Origin: Haplodiscus bocki
Lineage: Eukaryota
Length of the DNA: 64,000 bases
NCBI GenBank assembly: GCA_965655095.1
Contig: OZ296648.1
Location: 5,394,001-5,458,000, forward strand
Direction: 5' to 3'
The stretch's first letter is position 1. Every line of letters starts with the position of its first letter. Shown in pieces: positions 11,578 to 21,899 of this stretch. The translations under genes and the position numbers were made by a program. The notes under the pieces are model-generated. The model saw only the letters and a list, made by a program, of their open reading frames with translations. It had not been told where the DNA came from and did no database searches.

Positions 11578-12360
11578 AATTCGATGTCTGTAATTGTCGT
11601 TGGAATTTAGCTTCAGGGTCTGACGTAGACCATTTTTACGCTTTGGGTGGTTGATCGAATTAGGGTTATGATGGTCCAAATTTGTGTCCCTCGTGTAGCT
11701 AGTGTTACGATCCGTATCCATTCCGTCATCTATCCCTCCTTTTCATGAAGACTTTCTGGGCAAAATTCTGGTGTTGTGTCTGGTATACTACTAGTCAAAT
11801 GGACTGTCTCAACAAACTGTTTTTGAAATCCAGAGGAACTTACAGTTTTGAAGAACTAGGATAGAGGACAGTGGCAAATAGAAGTCGTTCATCCCTCGCC
11901 TCTTTTAAGATTTTCCGAAATAGTGAAATTCTTTTTGTGAGAGGGGAAAATTGTCATCTCCGTCACATGTGAGCTGTGATATCGTCATTCGTGTCTAGGG
12001 TTACGTTTTGACTGTTCTGGGAGTGATTGAGGCACAGTACTGGTTTGCTCCTAGTTTGATTTTCTATTCCGTAGCGGTTCCGGATTCTGAAGTGAGATTC
12101 TTTTTAATGGCGACGTTTTTGATTCTAAATCATCTCTCTGTTTTAGTTCAGGTGTATGTGTGTTTTAGTCAGTTTCAGCAGTAGAGTTGTTATAAATATT
12201 AGCTAACTTGAACTATCCACAGATGTCTCCAGAAATTGCTGCCAGACAACAACTGGGATTACTGGAATTTTCTTCTGGTGGTCTCCGGTCTCTCACTCAC
12301 AGTTCCGGAGCGAAAATGTGGCATTTGTAGTTAAGATATTGGGTTGTGGCCCGGACACAA
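11578..12360 (-). pseudogene. Remnant of pol in element A (extreme C-terminus recognisable; PR, RT, RH and IN missing)
   Basis: C-terminal motif HPKRKNGLRQTLKLNSNDNYRH (~11580-11650) is homologous to the element B pol end HGGKYNQRLNANSNFSDS*RY (~25886-25950). Only ~0.8 kb separates it from the gag end. Confidence 0.55.
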
Positions 12361-12416
12361 CCAGTTATACTGTTCTGTGCGTCCTGTTGAAAATGTCCAC
12401 TTTGTTCTTCCGGTTT

Positions 12417-14106
12417 TCACTTCCAGGGAAGTGGCCTGTTTGCTGCATTGGCTCCAACATAACATCTCTCTGCGGAGTGGTTCGTTTTTCCACATGTCTC
12501 ACAAGGAGGATGAACTGTTTCTGGCTTCGTTTCAGCTCTGTTACTGTTTTTGAAGTTGTTGTGGTCATTATTATTGGTGTTGTTGTGTGGGATATAGTTA
12601 TTGGCGTCACTGTTTTTGTTTCCAGGATTATTTTGATTATTTTCACTTTCTTCTATCTGATTTTTCAACAGGCGACACTGATTTCTATAATGCCCTGGTT
12701 TTCCGCAGTGGTGGCACCTTGGTTTGGATCTGTCATCCTTAGCGTTTTTGAGTTGTTGGCTCACAGTGTTTATCTGTAGCTAATCAGGGGCTTCGAAACC
12801 ATTCAGCTCTAATTCCCTTTCCAGGTGTGTGACAATCTGTTCATACGTGCCATTCTCCAGATGGGCCTGATTTATTGCTTTCTTCAGGTCTGGTGGCATT
12901 TTGGCATATATGAATTGTTCAATGATGGCATGAGCAGCTATTCCGAATGCCTCTTTGGCCAGTTTTTGAAGTTCGTCAAGAAACTCTACTAACTTTTGCT
13001 TTGCTGGATTGAAGACGAGTTTCTGGAATTTGTGTTTTGCTGTTGCCATCGATTGGGGTTTTACATACTTCCTTCGGAAAACTGCTAGAAGTTTTCCCAG
13101 ATTCTCTCGGGTTGTGCCATTAATGTTTTTAAAGGTTTGTAGGGCATCTCCCCTCATGAGAGAATGGAAGTAGTTGATTCTGTCATCTTCGGCCAGTTGG
13201 TTATGGATTTTGAGACTCGTCTGAAAAAGGTCTTCAAAAAGCTCAATTTTCTCAGTTTTCCTGTCAAACGTGGGCATCGTTGTGGTTAATGATTTTGGCA
13301 GTTTGGAAATTCTGTTGATATTATTGTGAAAGTTCGCAGAATTGTTGTTATTTGCCAACTGTTGAAGGGCCAACAAAATTTGGTCTGCTTCGATCGTCGC
13401 AGGTGTGTTTTCACTGCGGAATTGTGGTTGACCGGTAGAGCGGTTTTTCTTCTGCTTCCCTGAATATGTACTAGGGGGCAGTATGTGACTTCCTCGTAAA
13501 CTCCAGTCATATCGTGGCAATTACCAATCCGTTTTGTGGCTCCTGTCACCCTGTCATGATCGTAGGCTCTCTCTCTGTGTGTTCCTGTTACATTTCGTGG
13601 CGATTCCTATTCATTTCTGTAGCTCCTGTCACCATGTCATAGTCCCAGAGACTCTCTTCCTGAACTGCTCTCACCATGTCGTGGCGTTCTGTAACTCCTG
13701 TCACCATGTCATAGTCCCTTTCTGTGCCAGAGTTTTGTTCCCTCTGACCGTGGAAGAGACTTGCTTCAGAATGAGGATCATTCTGGGAGTCGCCCTTATT
13801 CGTTCCCTGGTTTATACCTGATGCGTTCCGGGTGGGCTCCGGAGTGGTTCCGGAGCCACCTGGTAGTAGTGGGTTCATAAGAAAATCATCGAGTCGCGCT
13901 AGTGCACCTAGGATGCGGTTTTTCGTTCTGCTGAACTCCTTTGACAACCTTTTTGTGACCCTTCCCTCAATTTCCTCGGAAACTTGAGTTATGTAGTCCT
14001 CCTGCGATCTAGGAGCGCTTGAGTTTTGTGCCAAGTTGCTCCTAGGATGCTCTTCACAATTTTCCTTATTTAATGCTGCCAATTTCCTCTTGTTTCGAGT
14101 TGTCAT
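12417..14106 (-). pseudogene. gag: gag of element A (starts inside the 5' LTR; capsid-like domain and two CCHC zinc knuckles; 2-3 disruptions)
   Basis: ORFs 13588-14106, 12780-13520 (MPTFD..FEDLFQTSLKI..YFHSLMRGDALQTF..) and 12417-12764 with CHHCGKPGHYRNQC and CETCGKTNHSAERC. In-frame TAG at 12780-12782. Confidence 0.9.
13500..13706 (-). repeat. Primer-binding site plus five degenerate tandem copies (tRNA-Leu-like PBS array, in frame with gag)
   Basis: TGGTGACAGGAG at 13706-13695 lies directly after the LTR end, followed by TGGTGAGAGCAG, TGGTGACAGGAG, TGTAACAGGAA, GGGTGACAGGAG and TGACTGGAG. Each copy is preceded by an LTR-end-like GACA/GAAA/GATA. Confidence 0.75.
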
Positions 14107-15524
14107 CTTTTACGAGAAAAATAAAGATCAGTAAGTAATACTTGATTATTTTTCTGAAGGAGAAATCATATTCGGTCTTTTTAACAGTTTTTATCGACAA
14201 CGAAGGGAAATACTATACTGGAATATTATCATCAGTATATTACAATAAATAAAAATTGTGTCCTCTGTACCTTCATTTCTCCTATTTATACCTTTTCCTG
14301 GCGGGACACATAATTGTTTAAGCGCCAAGTCAAGGTACAAATAAGGAAAAGTACTGTCTAAAAGTATAACATCAAAGTTAGAAAAGCCGACTCTGGCGGG
14401 AACTAAACAACCTTTCCATCCATCTCTTCCATCATAAGACGCGCCTTTTCCATCTTCCGACAGAAAATGGACGGTCCTAATCCGTCGGAGATGAACATCA
14501 AAGCCTTTATTCCCGCGCCGACATGTTGTTTACAGTCTTATTAAACTAATTTCCTTAATTGGGAAAGGAAAATAAAATGAGTAAAATGAAAAAAAGAAGA
14601 AATAAAATAAAATACAAAATTCATGACTTCATTCTAGAAACACATTAAATCATCATTTCCATGTTCATTTCATCATCACTTGATTATTTAGTCTTTTGGA
14701 AATGAGGAGAAACTAGTATCACTACTAGTTTACTCCTCGTTCCGACTAGTGGCTACTAGTGGTGTCCGGAACAGCTCCGTAGCCACTAGTAGTATTAGTT
14801 GAATTTCAGGTAGATACTAGTGGTATCCGGAACAGTTCCGTAGCCACTGGTAGCATTCGCTTCAATTCAGTCTGCTACTAGTGGTATCCGGAACAGTTCC
14901 GTAGCCACTGGTAGCATTCGTTTCAATTCAGTCTGCTACTAGTGGTGTCCGGAACAGCTCCGTAGCCACTAGTAGTACAAGTTAATTCAGTCAGCGTTAC
15001 TAGTGGTATCCGGAACAGTTCCGTAGCCACTAGTAGTACTAGCTTCAATACAGTCAGGCGTGCTCAAAGTAGAGTGAATACGGAGTCACTCCGTATTCAC
15101 CATAGCACTGCAGCACAGCATAGCTATAAGAATGATTGTGACGTCACCAGACTAGTAGCGACGGAACGCGTACGGAACAAATATTCACTCCGAGAGTCAA
15201 TTTGATAGCACTTTAGCACAGTAAGCTAAGTTAATAACACTCAAAAGGTGGATGTAAATCAAATAAAATGAATAAGTTATAACAAATTATAGCACCTTTT
15301 AGAATGAAACGCTCTGTGAATATCCCTTTGTTCCGTAACGGTTCCGTATTAGTCCGGATCAGTTCACTAGGGTGATCCGTATATGATACGGATCAGTAAC
15401 ATGAAAATTAAGAGAAATATGAAATATTGTGTTTTATTTACAGCTCATCAATTCCCTTGAGGGTCTGGGAATGTTCTTTTCTTCTGAAGCTCTAATCCTC
15501 AGGCTTCGCAAGCATACTGCGACA
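13707..15524 (-). repeat. 5' LTR of element A (1818 bp; 5 units of the 61-bp repeat at ~14750-15056)
   Basis: Direct repeat of 6810-8749. The 122-bp length difference equals two repeat units. Confidence 0.9.
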
Positions 15525-15586
15525 GGTGTTCTCTTCCCATCACTCTGGTAATCTAAATGGTTGAGAGCTGGAAGAGTCCTCCCACA
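15525..15586 (+). repeat. Right-hand end of the element C 3' LTR
   Basis: Removing element A and one TSD restores the gag frame NDPCPKVVFSSHHSGNLNG*ELEESSH. The segment ends in CA at the position equivalent to the element A LTR end. Confidence 0.7.
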
Positions 15587-15971
15587 AAGGGGATAGCTTT
15601 TGAGGAATGACATCAATAATTTAGAGATTTTAGAATGATTATATGAACCATATTTGTTCCACAATATAGATCGCTGGTTTATACGCTCAACTTCAGTTTT
15701 TGGAACAGTTTCAGTTCGCAAACCCCCAAATGCATCACTGTGAAGACAAAAACGGTTTTATAAAGTCAAAAGTCTGGTTTTCATTTTTTCATGGAATCAG
15801 GGCAACAATATTATGGGCACTTGTGGATTCAGACTGACTATAATCTGGACCATAAATGTCCAGACTATGGTCAACCCGAAACATAAACATTTATGACTAA
15901 ACTATGATCAGCCTGGAATCATGCTCTGTTTATTATGACAGAGTATGATCAGCCTGCTCTTGTAAGGGAGG

Positions 15972-16162
15972 TCAACCCGGGGTATTCAATTCTGATCTAA
16001 TTCAAGTTTACCATGGTAAGTTTGATTTAGATCAGAATTGAGTGCCCCGGGTTGAGCATAAATCCAGAAGCTCGTGTGGCCACTTATAAACTGAAAATCA
16101 CAACACTGCAGTGGTGTGATTTTCAGTTTCTAAGTGGCCACACGAACTTTTGAAATTATGCT
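15972..16162. repeat. Two abutting long palindromes (15972-16055 and 16055-16162), foldback/MITE-like
   Basis: TCAACCCGGGG..CCATGG..CCCCGGGTTGA and AGCATAA..GTGTGGCCACTTA..CTGCAG..TAAGTGGCCACAC..TTATGCT. Confidence 0.85.
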
Positions 16163-16290
16163 ATATTTAGAGTTCTTACACTTTTTTAAGCATTCATTTA
16201 ACATTTCTAAGTTAATTTTTCAACATTAACCAAGAAATAGTGCAATATTTGAACCTGAATCAAATATAACGCCTCGGGACAAAAATCTTT

Positions 16291-16374
16291 TGCTACCACT
16301 GGGATTCGAACCCAGGCGGACTTTTGTCCATTTGGATCTTATGTCCAACGCCTTAACCACTCGGCCATAGTAGC
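16291..16374 (-). tRNA. trnL-TAA: tRNA-Leu(TAA), variant or possible pseudogene (U33->A)
   Basis: GCTACTATGGCCGAGTGGTTAAGGCGTTGGACATAAGATCCAAATGGACAAAAGTCCGCCTGGGTTCGAATCCCAGTGGTAGCA has a 7-bp acceptor stem, A and B boxes, a long variable arm and discriminator A. A TTTTT terminator lies just downstream. Confidence 0.85.
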
Positions 16375-16739
16375 TTAAAATTTGGTTAGGTCAATCAATG
16401 TTCCAAATCATATATCTGAATCTCATTATACATTTTACATCATTCAGTTACGCATTTTTTGAGACCAGTCGAATTTATGCACTTTACGTAAAGAGAATTA
16501 TGAGCACACTCAAAAGCAATTGTGTGCTGAAAACGTACGTTTCAAATTTTAATAAAAGTTGAAGATATACTTAAAGAAAATACAGTAAGGTAAGAAAATA
16601 TTAGATCCCTTTGTTGGGAGTTTATTGGTAACTACAATTGGCAAGATCGAGATTTCGCTTACCAGTGTTGTCGAACTGATACTCAGGTGCACTTAAATTA
16701 GAGCTGGTACCTTCCATTGGGTAATAATTCGGATGTAAT

Positions 16740-17236
16740 GCTGTTGCCATTCCTCGGACAAACCGAGCCAAATCCTGTAGCTGTCTCGTGAGGGGTGCAA
16801 GGAAACATTTAATCTGCTCATCGACTTCCTCTTGAGTTATTGTGTGGATTACAGGCCCTTCATCTTCGTTAGCCTCAGGCGTTCATGACGGGACTACCTT
16901 CGGAGCTGCTGTTTTCGCTCATAACTGTTTGTCAAGCGAGTATCCGTGCGCGTTACGGCCCGTGTCGGTATCCGCCCTTGGGTAATGATTCGGATGCGAT
17001 GCGACCAATAATATTTGGACGAGCCGAGTCAAATCTTCTGGCTGTCTCGCGAGTGGCGCGATGAAGCTCTTGGTTTGTTCATTTACTTCTTCTTGCGTTA
17101 AAGTGCAGACTTCGGGCGCTTCGCTTTCGTTGGTGTGAAAGTTAGGTGTTGAGGCCGGGAAGTCGCCATCATCCAAGATTTCAACATTACGAGTCTCATC
17201 ATTTCTGTCGTGATCAACGTTTAAATCTATTAGGTT
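16740..17236 (-). pseudogene. Fragment of a related retroelement ORF, with an internally duplicated motif
   Basis: NLIDLNVDHDRNDETRNVE resembles the LTR-encoded RIDLNFDRYRKDETCKV of element B. TLTQEEVNEQTKSFIAPLARQPEDLTRLV is repeated as TITQEEVDEQIKCFLAPLTRQLQDLARFV. Confidence 0.45.
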
Positions 17237-17270
17237 GGTAATATAGGTGACCAGTGGGGTTGTGGCGACT

Positions 17271-18990
17271 TTAGTTTGCAAGATTCTTTAGAATAGATGT
17301 CGGTGCATTTTGAGTTGACGTTCCTGGTTTATGACTTTCGTCTGTGGAATCCTTACGAGTTTCAGTTTTGTGCATTTTGGTTCTGTTAGCCGCATTTGAG
17401 CCATTCCAGCACATATCAGCCGTATGATTACTTCTCTGGCAGTGCGGACAGGATAGGAATTTTTTTGACTTTTGTTTTTCGGTATTTTGCTTTTCATATT
17501 GTCGTTCCTGCTTCTTACGAATGCGTTTGAGGCATTCTTTGATAACATGGCCTGCTTTTTTGCAGTATCGGCATAATATTTGTAGTTTTTCTGAGTTCTG
17601 TGGTTGGTTTTGCTTTCTTACTATTTTTGTTGTAGTTGCCATGGTGGTTATTGCTAGTTCTCAATCTGTTTCCAACGCGATAATTTCAAGTTCACGCTCT
17701 AGGTGTGCAAAAATTCGAGCATAGATGGCATTTTCTAGAAATGCAACGTTGATTGATCTTTTAAGGTGTGGGGTTGTTCTGCCTATGGTAAACTGACTAT
17801 CATTTGTTTTGCAAGAGATCCAACAGCTTGCTCGGCACATTCATTTTCTTCATCGAGGAAATCTGGTATTGATTTCGTGTTTGAATCGAAAGTGGGTTTA
17901 TGCCATTTGCTGTGGCTTGTGATTTGTGGTCTAACGTACTTTCGCCAGAATTTGAGGAGTACAAACTTGATTTTTCGTTTTTTTTGTGGCATTCATGTTT
18001 CTAAATGTTTGTAATGCCTCTTTCGGAAGTTTTGAATGGAAATGGTTTATTTTCCTTGATTCTGACTTCTCGGGTTGCTTTTTCAGGATAGTTTGAAAAA
18101 AGTCTTCGAACATGTCAAATTTGAATTTTTACCATCCAAGATCGATATGTTTGTTGTTGTTGTCTTCAATATTGCTGAAGACTTTTGTAGTCGTTGTTGG
18201 GATGCAATGCCTGCGAATGCAGCAGCAAATTCCCTGACGGGGTTGCCCGATTCTGAGTTTTATCTCTGCGGTGTTTGTTCACCATTGTCAATGTGCTGTA
18301 GGATGCAATGTGTGTTGCCACATTTGGCGATTGTGTAAAATGATGAGGCAATGGGTTGTTTTGAGTTTGAATTCGTCCTTTGAAATAATCAGGGATAAAG
18401 TTTTGTGGGGCAACAACTTCTGTCATCATTTGATGAGCGTCTGCTCGGCGGTTATAGTTAGGTCCTTTTACCGTATAGTCGGTATCTTTTTATTTTGCAA
18501 CCTTACAAGTCTCATCCTTTCTATATCGATCAAAGTTCAAATCTATTCGACTAGAGCCCGACATGAGAGGGGTTTCTTTAGCATTCAATGTGAAATCCCC
18601 CTGATCATTTATTTGGACCAGATTGTTGGGTCCCCTTTCTGATGACTCGGTGATAGATCTCACGGCTATTTCATCTCTCGGCTCTACCAAATTGTTCACC
18701 ACCATCAAAATTGCGCCAAACATTACACTTTTGACAGCCATAACAGCTCTATCAACCATATTTCTGATTTCGTCGACAATTTTTTTTCATTGACTCGATC
18801 CTGACATACACCATCTCCGTTAGCTGTAATCCCTTCGAAATTATTAGAACTACTGTTGGGTTGGGATTCGAAGATGTCATGTCCTATTGCACCTGCATTG
18901 GTATCATTACCAATGGCAAAATCGTTTACAGTTTGGTTCAACTGACTAATCTGTCTTTTGTATCGGAGTGTCTTCTTTCCTTTAGAATCT
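17271..18990 (-). pseudogene. gag: gag (element B family) starting inside the downstream LTR; frameshifted
   Basis: FEDFFQTILKKQPE..KINHFHSKLPKEALQTF, RKYVRPQ, and knuckles CRYCKKAGHVIKEC and CPHCQRSNHTADMC. PBS-like TGATGACAGAAG at 18428-18417. Confidence 0.85.
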
Positions 18991-20285
18991 ATGTTGTGTA
19001 AAAATGTAAGAAGGACTCAAAGTCAAAATCAACAGAGTGAAACACCAATCAGAACTATCAAATTTTATAATTGATGTGAGTTATGGATACAAAGATCAAT
19101 TGTTTTGCCAAATGACCAAATTGAGTCATCAACTGTCGAGTAGAATAGGCGAGGATAATAATGATTTTCCTTTTCTTGACTTCGGGCAAAGGGGAACTGA
19201 GGCTCTTCTTCTCTTCTCGTCACCCAAGCAAGTTCTCCCGGAGGTGACGAGGTATGTGAAACTATAACTAAAAGTGTAACTTTAAATGGAAAACTTCCGC
19301 CAAAATCATGACGTCATATTTACATGTTTTTAAAAAAAATAGACTTTCTAAATAAAAGTCAACAAAGAAAAGAATAGTTCTTTTGCATGACATTCAAAAA
19401 ATAAAATAACGGCTGTAAGGGTGATATTATATGTAGATGAATGCATTTCATCTAATTTAGATGCACAAATAAAATTGTGTAAACGGAATAGCGTCAAAAT
19501 TTAATATGTATGACATACTTATGACATAGCAGTAAATGAGGATGAGATAGGGCGGTTATTACTTTTTTCAAAATATGTAGTTTGACGTACGTTTGACTTT
19601 AGTCTTAAATCCTTTACATTAATTCCCTGTGGTGTAAATAAAGGGAAATACTTTTACATCAGTTTCACAATTAATATATAGATATTCTTATGTTAATTCA
19701 TCATCACTGGAAGCATAAAATTACTCTTGGCTATTTTTGGTACCGCCGTCATGTTTAATGCTGCTTTACTTTACGTCAATTTCCTGGTCAGTGACGTGAT
19801 TTAGACACATATTCTGAGTAGTAGTGCGGCGGAAGAAGTAAAAGCCTGGCTGACGTCAGCTACGTCAAAGTCACGTCAATAGCACTTTTTATGACATGAA
19901 AAATTGAAGGCGCCTGTTCGTTGTCAATAGATAATCAGTTTAGCCTTAGCCGACCAGAATTTGACAGAGCAATGAACAAACTGATAATATTGTACTACAC
20001 TGAATTTGTTTCCCTCTTTCCGCTCCTGTGTGCTTCTTATTGTTAATATTAGTAGGGATTTACAACTCACATTAAACATAACTTATAAACTTCATAGCCT
20101 CGTAAAATATTAGGTTCTCCTATAGGTACAAAAGGACTTGTAGTTTTAGGAATCTGTGCATGTGTTCAAACGTGTACCTTAGTTTTAATCTTGAAACAGA
20201 GGCAAAAGTTTTCCTTGAGTTTCCTGACAGGTTCCTCCGTTGTTGATTTAAATTATTATGCCGTCACAGGCAGCAGCTTGCGGCA
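18429..20285 (-). repeat. Downstream (3') LTR of element B
   Basis: Homologous to 33447-35326. It ends just before a PBS-like sequence and contains TGACGTCA at 19309 and 19851. Confidence 0.65.
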
Positions 20286-20999
20286 CTCAGCGGGGTACAA
20301 AAGTGACCACACCGGACTGTAAACCGTCTAGAAATGCCTGTCGTTTAATGTGGCAGTTTCTGATCGTTTTTCCAGGCTCAGCTGTGCGGTGTATATAATC
20401 GGCGACTGTTTCCTTGAGTACCTGGGCGTATGGTTTGCCACATACTGTTCATCTTGTAACTTGTTTGTTTATTTCTGAGCAGGCATTTACTGCACGCTCT
20501 TGTAGATCTTGTACTACCGAATTGATAACTGGTATTGAATGAGAGTTTTTCGCGGGGGAGTATCTGTCAATTTATATGGTCGGATATTATTTGTCTGACC
20601 TCTGTTTGACGGCACTGGTGATTCGGATGAATCTGGCATTGGTTATTTTTGTCGACGTATTTCTGTAAAGTGGGGTCCAGTTTGAGAAAAGTAACTTGTG
20701 GTTGCCTCATATACGTTGTGTAAATGTTTGGTCAGTTGTGATCAAGAATTTGTTGTCATAGATAGGGATGGTTCGGTCGGATCGGTGTCATAAGTTGAGA
20801 TTGTGACTGCGTCTGACAGTTCATTAGGACAGACCAGAAATTGATTCCATGTCTCATTTTGGGTGTTATCATCTTTCGTCAAGTACTGGTCAGACATAGT
20901 GTATTGTGACGCGGTGTCTTCATTGCTTGACAGATATATGGGGTCTGGTTGCATGGTTTCATCTTCATCCATCACGACTTGGGTTGTTTCTCCAGCCAT
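20250..20999 (-). pseudogene. ORF3 of element B: acidic Ser/Thr-rich ORF running towards/into the 3' LTR
   Basis: MAGETTQVVMDEDETMQPDPIYLSS..AVTISTYDTDPTEPS occupies the same position and orientation as ORF3 of C (..FVTIDSGSNEPT). Confidence 0.45.
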
Positions 21000-21899
21000 G
21001 GCTTTCTCTTTAAAATAGCGGATACTCCCTTCGAGAGGTCCTTCTTTCTTTTCGGAAAAACTTGAAGAGTTTTATCAAATTCTTCGATGTGAGCGTAAGA
21101 TGTGAGCTGAATTAAATGCGTTTTGGTTCGGAGAAGGGACAGAGCTGGAGAACCCACTGAAACGCCTTCCAGTCCTTGAGAGGCGGCATTTCCTTTTAAA
21201 ATTGAGGCGAGTAAATAGATTTGAAGGTAAATATTGATGAGGAGATGCAGGTGAGAAGTGGTGAGAGGGTTGTCTTGTGATTTTAAGTAAATGTTGAGCT
21301 TCTTATAAGGATTTTTTGATGAGCAAAGTAAAAAAAGCAAAGCAGTTTTGTTTGCATTTGAAGGTAGTGATAGGTAACTTAGGATTAGCTAATCATGCGA
21401 ATGAGACTTAGCCAATCAGATGATTGGGATTACTTTTGATTAAATGAAAATTTGATAAAGCTTGAAATATGAGTAAAATGCTATTTTTATGTCAATGAAA
21501 TACTGATGTGATGTAATATTGATGTCGCTGGAGAAAGATGACAGGGAAACTGTATGTCAGCTCTGACAGAAGTGTACAATACTTGATTTAAATAATTATG
21601 TACTGGTATGTTTAAGTCGAAGAATAATAATATGACATAGTTGTGACCCAAATTCATATTGTACAGCCACGACATCCACACATTTGTAAAATGTTTTTAA
21701 AGTAACTATCTCATTGTATTTAGCTTATTATTCCTTTTTGTATTTATTTGTAGACCTCTGGAAGACTCAATATTTGTTGTTGTACATATTGTCTGATTTA
21801 GAGTCAGTGTTCTAACTAAAGAGTGTCTAGTTCTGTGAGAGTTACGGACATCAGCATCTTGTACAGAATGGGCGAGTTTGCTTTTTCCTTCTTATTCAT

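Larger units (their letters stand above)
6810..15524 (-). mobile_element. LTR retrotransposon 'element A' (8715 bp), two-LTR non-autonomous (pol-deleted) Ty3/gypsy-type copy nested in the element C LTR
   Basis: Near-identical LTRs at 13707-15524 and 6810-8749 with termini TGTCGCAG...CTATGACA. PBS TGGTGACAGGAG follows the 5' LTR and PPT AAAGAAGGGGAG precedes the 3' LTR. gag has two CCHC knuckles. Imperfect 5-bp TSD GTTTT (6805-6809) / GGTGT (15525-15529). Confidence 0.9.
1..15586 (+). mobile_element. LTR retrotransposon 'element C': 3' internal region plus 3' LTR (interrupted by element A); 5' part lies outside the window
   Basis: PPT AAAAAAAGAGGGAG (5064-5077) is directly followed by TGTCACAG. 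The LTR is colinear with the element A LTR (shared TTTGTTCCGTA..GTTCCGTCG..ACTA.TCTGGT.ACGTCA, TGTCGGCGCGGGAATA, and an NKRKLAA gag start). The LTR resumes at 15525 and ends ...CCCACA at 15586. Confidence 0.8.
15754..20285. repeat. Copy 1 of a ~4.5-kb direct repeat (copy 2 at 30771-35326; offset 15017)
   Basis: Both copies start GGTTTTATAAAGTCAAAAG. ORFs 16919-17281 and 31936-32298 translate identically. Identity falls towards the LTR start. Confidence 0.9.

Noticed and set aside
12330-12345. Programmed -1 gag-pol frameshift site
   Set aside because: Plausible for the family, but the junctions in A and B (also 30755-30770) are too degenerate to show a valid slippery heptamer.
12318-12779. 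Hydrophobic + strand ORF resembling a membrane protein
   Set aside because: It is the antisense shadow of the Asn-rich gag nucleocapsid region.
15434-15721. 95-aa minus-strand ORF
   Set aside because: It spans flank, the C LTR end and the A LTR start, so it is a chance chimeric frame.
16291-16374. Embedded tRNA-Leu as the element's own RT primer
   Set aside because: Its 3' end predicts PBS TGGTGCTACCACTGGG, not the observed TGGTGACAG(G/A)AG.
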